From Acidimicrobiia bacterium (GTDB taxonomy: Bacteria; Actinomycetota; Acidimicrobiia; Spongiisociales; Spongiisociaceae): a stretch of 35,830 nt of DNA. Shown piece by piece: positions 29,003 through 35,830 of this stretch. Position 1 is the stretch's first letter, and each line of letters starts with the position of its first letter. The DNA is taken from the NCBI GenBank assembly GCA_041576165.1, contig JBFGLM010000045.1:1-35830 (forward strand). Reading direction: 5' to 3'. Both the position numbers and the translations under genes were made by a program. Below the pieces are notes generated by a model, which saw only the letters and a program-made list of their open reading frames with translations, was not told the origin of the DNA and made no database searches.

Positions 29003-31075
29003 GTGGATCCGTTCAACGTCGCTGAAGAAGCCGTATCGCTGGTAGGCAGGGCCGACCTGACGTTAGTCAACGGAAGGACGTTTGCGATCAGTGATGCGGC
29101 CGGGAACATGGTCGCGCCGACCCATGGCGTCGTGTTCGAGGACCTGCGGATGCTGTCCACCCTGGTGGTTGCCGTTCGCGACCCCGACTCGCACCCGTCC
29201 GAAGTGGTGCCGGCTGAAGTGCTCGCCTCAACCACGTCCAGCCCGTTTTCGCTGGTCACCGTCGCGCGTCCGTTGGTCCTGGGGCACGGCGGGATGACCG
29301 ACGAGTTCGTCGTCCGGCGACGCTGGCTGGGTCGGGGCATGCGCGAGGACGTCGAGGTCCACAATGTCGGTCACACAGAGTTGCGGCGGCGGGTGATGGT
29401 GCATGCAGCTACCGATTTCGCGCACGTGTTCGACGTCAAGGCCGGAAAGCCGGGGATGACCCAGGCCGACATGGTGTGGGTGAGTGACGGGTTCCAGCTG
29501 CAGTCGGCCGACCCGGCTGCCCGGGTGCGAGCTGTATGGAGCCCCGCCCCGGCTCTGGTCGACACCGACCGGGGGATTCTCGAGTGGGAAGTGGTGGTCG
29601 CTCCGCAATCGTCCTGCACCATCACCCTGGCGTTCGAGCCTGTGTGGGATGGCACTCCGGCCGGGATACTGTTTCCAGCCGGTCAGGAGCCCCACGAAGC
29701 CATCCCCATTCAGCGGCGAACCCGGTGGCACGACTCGGTGGCGCGGGTCCGCTCGCATGACACCCGCCTGAACCTGGCCGCCGAGCGCAGCCTCGAGGAC
29801 ATTGCTTCGTTGCGGATCTTCGACAGCTCGCACCCGGACCGAGTTGTGGTTGCGGCCGGCGCCCCCTGGTTCATGACGTTGTTCGGCCGTGATTCTCTGC
29901 TCACGGCATGGATGATGCTGCCGTTCGCTCCAGAGGTCGCCCGAGGTGTTCTCCAGGCACTGGCTGAGCTGCAGGGTGAGCGCGAGGTGCCTGAGACAGA
30001 GGAGGAGCCGGGCAAGATCATTCACGAATTGCGCCGGCACGGCGCGGGCGGCGCGTTCTCCGAGCGCGGCCGTTACTACGGCAGCGTCGACGCGACACCT
30101 CTTTTCGTCATGCTGGCAGCAGAGGCGTTTCGATGGGGCGCGCTCGGCGAAGAAGACCTCCAGACGCTGTGGCCGGCCATCCGCGCCGCCCTCGGGTGGG
30201 TTACACGGTCGCTCACGGATGCGCCGTTCATCACCTACCGACGCAGCACCGAGCAGGGTCTGGCCAACCAGGGCTGGAAGGATTCGTGGGACGGCATCAA
30301 CTTTGCCAACGGGAATCTCGCCCGGGGTCCGATCGCCTTGGTCGAGGTACAGGGATACGCGTTCGCGGCGTTGCGGGGCGGAGCCGAAATCGTCCGCCGC
30401 ATGGGTCGCGACGAGATCGACCCGGCGGTTTTGGACGAGCGAGCCGCCCGGTTGCGGGAAGACTTCAACCGCGAGTTCTGGATCGCCGGGACCGGCTGGT
30501 TCGCGGTGGGGCTCGACGGTCACGGCCGCAAGATCGACGCCCTCGCCACCAACGCCGGTCACGCGCTGTGGACCGGGATCGCCGACTCCGACAAGGCACT
30601 CCAATATCTGAACCATTTCGACTCTGCAGACATGTGGACCGGGTGGGGACTGCGCACACTCAGCCGGCAAATGGGTGCGTACAACCCTCTCTCGTATCAC
30701 AACGGATCGGTGTGGCCGCACGACACCGCACTGTGCGCGGCCGGGGCCGCCCGCTACGGGCAGTGGAAGCTGGTCGACAGATTGGTCGGCGGCGCGCTGG
30801 ACGCGGCTTCCCATTTTGGGGGCCGGCCGCCGGAGCTGTTCGCGGGCATCTCTCGGGGTGAGGTTCCGACCCCGGTGGCGTACCCGGCGTCGTGCTCGCC
30901 GCAGGCGTGGGCCTCGGCATCGATCCCGTTCCTCGTCACTACCTTGCTGGGACTCGAGCCGCAGCGGGGAGGCGCTCCGGCTGTGACCCGACCCGGCCCC
31001 TCGAGCATCAAGCCGCTGACCGTCGAAGGACTCCACGCTGGGGGGAGTCGACACCGGATTACCGTCGACGGCTGA
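29003..31075 (+). CDS. Amylo-alpha-1,6-glucosidase / glycogen-debranching-like glycoside hydrolase with N-terminal GDE domain
   Basis: AAGAPWFMTLFGRDSL, EEPGKIIHELR, YYGSVDATPLF, GLANQGWKDSWD, SYHNGSVWPHD, PELFAG, YPASCSPQAW. Start set at GTG 29003. Confidence 0.9.
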   Translation: MDPFNVAEEAVSLVGRADLTLVNGRTFAISDAAGNMVAPTHGVVFEDLRMLSTLVVAVRDPDSHPSEVVPAEVLASTTSSPFSLVTVARPLVLGHGGMTDEFVVRRRWLGRGMREDVEVHNVGHTELRRRVMVHAATDFAHVFDVKAGKPGMTQADMVWVSDGFQLQSADPAARVRAVWSPAPALVDTDRGILEWEVVVAPQSSCTITLAFEPVWDGTPAGILFPAGQEPHEAIPIQRRTRWHDSVARVRSHDTRLNLAAERSLEDIASLRIFDSSHPDRVVVAAGAPWFMTLFGRDSLLTAWMMLPFAPEVARGVLQALAELQGEREVPETEEEPGKIIHELRRHGAGGAFSERGRYYGSVDATPLFVMLAAEAFRWGALGEEDLQTLWPAIRAALGWVTRSLTDAPFITYRRSTEQGLANQGWKDSWDGINFANGNLARGPIALVEVQGYAFAALRGGAEIVRRMGRDEIDPAVLDERAARLREDFNREFWIAGTGWFAVGLDGHGRKIDALATNAGHALWTGIADSDKALQYLNHFDSADMWTGWGLRTLSRQMGAYNPLSYHNGSVWPHDTALCAAGAARYGQWKLVDRLVGGALDAASHFGGRPPELFAGISRGEVPTPVAYPASCSPQAWASASIPFLVTTLLGLEPQRGGAPAVTRPGPSSIKPLTVEGLHAGGSRHRITVDG

Positions 31076-31147
31076 GCGAAAGCGCCACCGTGCCAAACGC
31101 GGATGACCCGGCCACCGATGGCCGGATCACCCACGTCGCAGGACCAC

Positions 31148-32797
31148 TCAGGCTTCGGTCACGATCACCTTGGCGCGCATCCACGGGTGCGGAATGCAGA
31201 AGTACTCGTATTCGCCGGGTGCATCGAATGTCATCGCCCACGAGTCGCCTGGGTTGAGGAGGCCGGAATCGAACTCGCCGTTCACTTCGGTGACCGTGTG
31301 CACCTGGTCGTCTTCGTTGACCCAAACGACCGTGGTTCCTACCGGCACCGTGAGAATGTTGGTGGAATAGTCCACCGGCGATTCGTCATTCGCGAACTCC
31401 GCCGGGTCTCCGAGATCCTGCGGTTCCCATGACCCGGGGAGCATTGCAACGCTCACGTCGCCCGTGGCCGGCGTGGTGGCGTCGACGGGAGCAGCCGCTC
31501 CCGGTGATGCCTCGAAGATCTCGGGGTTGGCTTCGCCGACGACGTTGACCAGGCCGATCGCACCCTTGTCGAACGTCCGGGCCAACGCGTGATCAACCAG
31601 GATGATGGTCGACGGGACCTGGCCCAACATGTCCACGACGACACCGCCACCCGCCGGCACCAATGTCGTTTGTGACCCCCGAATCGGCTGGTTGTACGTG
31701 GCTCCCTCCGGCCAGACTGCATCCCAGTGCGATCCGATCGGGTGGAAGTTCGAGTCCAGGTTGAGCCCGGCATTCACGAAGTAGAAGCGGGCCCGTTCAC
31801 CAACGGCCATCTCGAGCGCATTGTCGCCCGCCAGTGCCCCCTTGGCGCCGTTGAACACAACCATGGTCGGGTGCTCGGCGGTCAACGCCTCACGGTCGAG
31901 ATCAACGAGCCCTGGCTCGGTCGAGGTCGTGTAGTACTCGGACTGAACGATGTAGAACTCTCTGTCTGCTGCCGGCAGCGGTACCTCGGGGTCGATCAGA
32001 ATCCCGCCGTACATACCGTGGGCGATGTGCGCCGGCACGTCACCGGCTGCACAGTGGTACATGAAGATCCCTGGATACAGCGCCCGGGCTTCGATCACGG
32101 CGGTCTCACCGGGAGCCACCAGGGTGTCGGCCGCACCGCCTCCCTGGCCGGTGATGGCGTGGAAGTCCACGTTGTGGGCCAGCTGATTGGTGGACGGGTT
32201 CGTGAGGGTGAACCGGACAACATCACCGACGCGGGCTCGGACCATCGGACCGGGACTCCCGGAGGCGATAGCCACTTCTTCGCCGGGCAGCCGGTAGCCC
32301 CAGGTTTCGAATTCGACACCGGTCTCGGGATCTATTGCGACCACGTTCTCGACGATCTCGAACTCAACAGTCACGATCCGCTGGTCGGTGCGGGTCGCAG
32401 GCGGCGGCACATCGGGCGCGTAGGCAACGTTGATCTCTTCGGCCGGTGCCGGGGCGAGCTGCGCTTTTGGCGTCAGTTCGGGGATGATGTCCCCGAACGG
32501 TGCGGCCAGCGGCGGGGCAGCGACCGGAGCCGCCTCGGCCGGCGCAGTGGTGACGGTGTCTGCCTGGGCCGCCCGAGCGGGCTGTTCCTCCAGTTGTTGA
32601 TTCACCAGCGCGGTTACGACCTCGGTGTCGACCGGTGCCCGATTGGCAATGGCGATCAGTGCAGCAATGCCGATCGCAACCCCGGCGAAGGCAGTGAATA
32701 TTGCGATGACGGCGATCCACCCCAGCCCGTAGTGGGGGTGTTGTACGGCGCCGGCGGACCGAGCTTCCTCCTGCGGTCTGGGCGGTGCCATGGTCAT
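31148..32797 (-). CDS. nirK: Copper-containing nitrite reductase with N-terminal TM anchor and fused C-terminal cupredoxin domain
   Basis: HNVDFHA (T1 His, catalytic Asp, T2 His), MYHCA...HIAHGMYG, FHPIG (catalytic His), LVDH (T2 His); extra domain W.N.D...HTVT...FDSG.L..G...YEYFCIPHPWM. Confidence 0.9.
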   Translation of the reverse strand: MTMAPPRPQEEARSAGAVQHPHYGLGWIAVIAIFTAFAGVAIGIAALIAIANRAPVDTEVVTALVNQQLEEQPARAAQADTVTTAPAEAAPVAAPPLAAPFGDIIPELTPKAQLAPAPAEEINVAYAPDVPPPATRTDQRIVTVEFEIVENVVAIDPETGVEFETWGYRLPGEEVAIASGSPGPMVRARVGDVVRFTLTNPSTNQLAHNVDFHAITGQGGGAADTLVAPGETAVIEARALYPGIFMYHCAAGDVPAHIAHGMYGGILIDPEVPLPAADREFYIVQSEYYTTSTEPGLVDLDREALTAEHPTMVVFNGAKGALAGDNALEMAVGERARFYFVNAGLNLDSNFHPIGSHWDAVWPEGATYNQPIRGSQTTLVPAGGGVVVDMLGQVPSTIILVDHALARTFDKGAIGLVNVVGEANPEIFEASPGAAAPVDATTPATGDVSVAMLPGSWEPQDLGDPAEFANDESPVDYSTNILTVPVGTTVVWVNEDDQVHTVTEVNGEFDSGLLNPGDSWAMTFDAPGEYEYFCIPHPWMRAKVIVTEA

Positions 32798-33195
32798 GAG
32801 CTGACCCTCCTAGAGATGAGAACCGGCGTGGCGGCCAGTTCGGAAACGAGCGCCTCGCGGGCACGGGTCCACGCATCGTGGAGCGAGCACGCAGATTGCG
32901 CATTGCATGCGGAGTTACGTAAGACGCACTGGCCCGTGTCCGTATTGCCTTCGACGAGCTCGATGACGTCCAGCACGGTGAGGTTCTGACGCGTGAGCTG
33001 ATACCCGCCGTTGGGGCCACGATTGGACGTGACCCAGCCGGCGCGCACCAACGGGCGCAACACGTGCGGCAGATACTTGACGGTCGAGCCGACGATCGGA
33101 GCGAGGTCGGCGGCCGAGCGCCGGCCGTTAGCGGCAGCCAGAGCTCGAATCACCCGGACGGTCAGGTCCGTGCGAGGCAGCAGCTCCAATTTCAT
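32794..33195 (-). CDS. Rrf2 family Fe-S regulator (NsrR-like)
   Basis: RTDLTVR, YL..VLRPLVRAGWV.S.RGPNGGYQL, TVLDVIELVEG, C-x6-C-x5-C-x2-H; ATGA overlap with nirK. Confidence 0.88.
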   Translation of the reverse strand: MKLELLPRTDLTVRVIRALAAANGRRSAADLAPIVGSTVKYLPHVLRPLVRAGWVTSNRGPNGGYQLTRQNLTVLDVIELVEGNTDTGQCVLRNSACNAQSACSLHDAWTRAREALVSELAATPVLISRRVSS

Positions 33196-33222
33196 AATTC
33201 TATAGTCAACAACTAGAGAATT
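33196..33222. promoter_or_regulatory. Putative Rrf2 operator: AT-rich inverted repeat AATTCTATAGT-N5-ACTAGAGAATT
   Basis: 11-bp arms with one mismatch, directly abutting the Rrf2 start codon; strongly AT-rich in a GC-rich background. Confidence 0.65.
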
Positions 33223-33270
33223 GCCTCCAGGAGGGTCGAAGGTCCCGATCCGGCCGGGACGGTGCCAGGG

Positions 33271-33825
33271 CTACCAGCGGGCGCGCGGACGCTGCTGGTT
33301 GACGAGTGCGTGCTCGAACTCGGCGAGCTCGGGGACGGTGCCGCCGACTGCCTTGCCACTCTGGTCTTCCCAGCGGCGTAGTCGGATCGCCGCCTGGGCG
33401 TAGGGCCGGCTCTCGAATGCCTTGGCTTGCGCCGGAGACATGACCCCGCCCTGTTTGGTGAGGCCATTGCGAGAGGCCGCCGACAGGGACCTGTACAATC
33501 TCGCTCGATCGCGCACAGGTATCGCTTGGCGTCGATGTGTAGCCGAACGGGTTCACTGACCTGCGGCGGAAACCGCTCCGCGAGAAAATCGGCTCCGGCG
33601 GTCCCGTGGTCGTGAGACCCAAACTCTTCATCGGGGCCTTCCAGGAAGTGACCGATGTCATGCAGAAGGTACGCCACCACCAGCGCCTCATCGGCCCCGG
33701 CCCGGCGGGCGGCCCGGTCGGTGAGCAAGGCGTGGTCTGCCATCGAGATCGCCTCGCCGGACGACCTGGTTCCCGTGCTTCTCGAATAGGTCGCGAATCA
33801 GCTCGATCGTGTCGCGAACACTCAC
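33271..33825 (-). pseudogene. HD-domain di-iron phosphonate oxygenase (PhnZ/TmpB-like), two frameshifts
   Basis: GTG 33825 overlaps the upstream TGA. Joined frames: VSVRDTIELIRDLFEKHG / GEAISMADHAL...LLHDIGH...LHIDAKRYLCAIE / LYRSLSAASRNGLTKQGGVM...LRRWEDQSGK. Shifts near 33760 and 33500. Confidence 0.8.
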
Positions 33826-34902
33826 ACCGTCTCCAGAACTCGAATCGCCGAGTGGAGCATGTCTTTGTCGGCGCAACACCCCCGAAGATGCCGGTGCCCG
33901 ACCGTGTAGGCAGATCGGCCGTGCAGCCCCGGCTCATTGTCGAAGACGACGCAGTCGCCGGCGCGGAGACGAAAATCGATCACCGCCGATGGGTCCCTGG
34001 GCTTGTCCGCGAACAGCCGGTAGGCGCGGTAGTAGTCGCCCATCACCTCGGCGGGAACCCGGAAGGCGGCGGCCGAACGGCTGTAGCAAATGGTGCGGAC
34101 GTCGCCGAGCGCATCCACCTCGATCAGCAGCCGGTATGAGTGGATGTCGGCCGCGCCGTCGTCCAGGTAGCGGAAGGGTTACCTCGCCAGTAGGTCGAAT
34201 GCGGTGGGATGTTCTTCGCGGAGCTCTTCCGTGACGCGGTGACCGTCGCACAACTGGGACTCGCCACCCTCCGCTTTGTTCACCGGAGTGGAGCAACTGG
34301 AGGCCTGGTACCGGATCCCGGTACGGGATTGTGGGTATGGAGGCCGATGTGCCCTGCGGTATTGGCGAGATTGGCCGGGTCCGGCTCAGCGACTACGTCG
34401 AAGAGCCGCCCATAGTTCGTCTCCCGGACGAACCCGAACAGTCGGCGACGTCGGTGACCGTTCCCGGCGTCACCGGCGCCCCTTCCAAAACAGTAAAACC
34501 AGGATCGCGGATTTGTCGGAGCCAGGTGAGCCGCTCGCCCGGATCGCTGTCGACGGCGCTGTAGGGGAACGGCTCGAGCTCGAGCGAGGAGTCCCAGAAT
34601 TCGGGCTGAGGGATCGGCCGTCCGCCGTCGACGCCGCTAATAGCCACCTCCTCCAGCCAGGTGAGTGGGAACTTGTCGGTGACGTCGGCGAAGCGGATGC
34701 TGAGTTCGGCGCCGCTCAGCTCCGCCATCTGGATCCGCGGCGGCTCGATGTCGTTGATGTCGAATGTCCGTTGTCCGTGCGGGCGGTGGCGACCTGCGGG
34801 GATGTTGTCGCGTAACCAGACCGCAGGGAATCTCGTCGTCGAGCCATCCGACCAGCCCAAGGTCACCGCCTCTTCCTGTATGGAGTGGATCACCGCCTGC
34901 AT
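33822..34902 (-). pseudogene. Fe(II)/2OG dioxygenase, gamma-butyrobetaine hydroxylase family (TmpA-like), degraded
   Basis: Motifs WLRDN, FGFVRETNYG, HTHNP/YRDPVPGLQLLH, GGES.LCDG, GDCVVFDN..LHGR, RHLRGC are spread over frames. Frameshifts near 34440, 34325 and 34285; in-frame TAA at 34179-34181. Confidence 0.85.
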
Positions 34903-34917
34903 GAGCAGCCTCCACGT

Positions 34918-35829
34918 TCAGAATCGATCTGCTGCCATTCGAATATGGCGCAGTTTGGCGACGGCCGTGGCCGATGGCAGCATCCCAAGCCCGCAGTCGG
35001 GCGCCAGGACCAGCCGTTCGGCCGGTGTCCATTCCAATACTCGTTCAATCCGTCGGGCGATCTCATCGGCCCGCTCGACCCTGGAGCTGGCGATACGGAC
35101 CGTTCCGAGCACGACAGTGGTAGATGCCAGCGCGTCGAACAGTTCCCGATCGTTGTGGCGGTGGGCGTCCTCAATGGACACAGCAGCAAGGCTGCTGCGC
35201 TCTACGGACTCGGCGAGCAGTTTGTATGCGCTCGGGTCGGCTTTGGGGAAGTCGGGGTTGTCCAGCACATCGGGATACCCGCAGCACATGTGGAGCGTTC
35301 GAGTTACTGCGGCGTCGAGGCCCTCCAGGACAACTTCAAGCAGGTCGAAGCCGTATGACACTGCCCGATCGGGATAGCGGGCAAAAACCGGCTCGTCGAT
35401 CTGAATGTGGGTGCAGCCGGCGGCGGCCAGCGAGCGCACTTCCACGCTGAGGGCTTCCGCCAGCGCTCGGCCCCACGCAAGGTCATCCGGGTAGTAGTCG
35501 TTGGCCGTCGAGTCCATGATGGTCAGCGGCCCGGGAACAGTCATCTTCACGGGGCGTTCTGTGGCCGATTGCGCGATGTGGTAATCCTTGTCGAGGAACG
35601 GCTCACAGGCGGCGATCGGTCCGACGAAGGTGGGCACCCGGGCTCGCCAGGTTCCGTTCCGGAGCGATCGTTCGGTCAAGCGCTCGAAATCGATGCCATC
35701 GAGGTGGCGACAGTGATAGTGGATGTAGTTTTCGCGGCGCACCTCGCCGTCGGTTGGCAGGTCGACGCCGGCGTCGACCTGGGTCCGGACCACCTGGCGA
35801 ATACCCCGCTCGACCGCCTGGTCGAGGTC
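34918..35829 (-). CDS. Cobalamin-independent methionine synthase II / core MetE-like Zn methyltransferase (5'-truncated by the window)
   Basis: Q..AGVD.PTDGE.RRENY, KMTVPGPLT, IQIDEP, Zn ligands HMC(CGY), SIE, APDCGL; frame open to the window edge. Confidence 0.88.
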   Translation of the reverse strand, partial: DLDQAVERGIRQVVRTQVDAGVDLPTDGEVRRENYIHYHCRHLDGIDFERLTERSLRNGTWRARVPTFVGPIAACEPFLDKDYHIAQSATERPVKMTVPGPLTIMDSTANDYYPDDLAWGRALAEALSVEVRSLAAAGCTHIQIDEPVFARYPDRAVSYGFDLLEVVLEGLDAAVTRTLHMCCGYPDVLDNPDFPKADPSAYKLLAESVERSSLAAVSIEDAHRHNDRELFDALASTTVVLGTVRIASSRVERADEIARRIERVLEWTPAERLVLAPDCGLGMLPSATAVAKLRHIRMAADRF

Positions 35830-35830
35830 G

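Noticed and set aside
33213-34902. Treating the ORF fragments as separate genes or as programmed frameshifting
   Set aside because: The fragments join into two known-family proteins. Multiple shifts, a stop codon and catalytic-site substitutions without obvious slippery sites indicate decay or assembly error.

Overview
High-GC bacterial chromosomal region, probably from an actinobacterium. SLH proteins, an LPxTG anchor and an MshB-like deacetylase together suggest Acidimicrobiia (inference). I found no rRNA, tRNA, CRISPR array or mobile element. Contents from left to right: (1) 3' end of a Thr/Pro-repeat LPxTG surface protein; (2) M20 amidohydrolase and PIG-L deacetylase; (3) BON/degenerate-OmpA protein coupled to a membrane HhH protein; (4) D-2-hydroxyacid dehydrogenase-DUF2855-coaA-EamA cluster; (5) DrrAB-type ABC exporter, GNAT and chorismate mutase; (6) MocR regulator divergent from a LysE gene with an in-frame TAG; (7) a four-gene RND module with two different CzcA/CusA-like pumps, a lipoprotein 'mini-adaptor' apparently reduced to the MFP membrane-proximal domain, an acidic lipoprotein and no TolC; (8) a triple-SLH surface protein; (9) archease-rtcB; (10) MarR/YceI; (11) GT4 plus a small Zn-ribbon gene divergent from an amylo-alpha-1,6-glucosidase; (12) Rrf2(NsrR-like)-nirK, where NirK has a membrane anchor and a fused C-terminal cupredoxin; (13) a core MetE-like methyltransferase followed by decayed tmpA/tmpB-like phosphonate-oxidation pseudogenes. 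The best candidates for undescribed systems are the RND/mini-MFP module and the MetE-core/TmpAB operon. All family calls come from motif recognition; no database searches were run.
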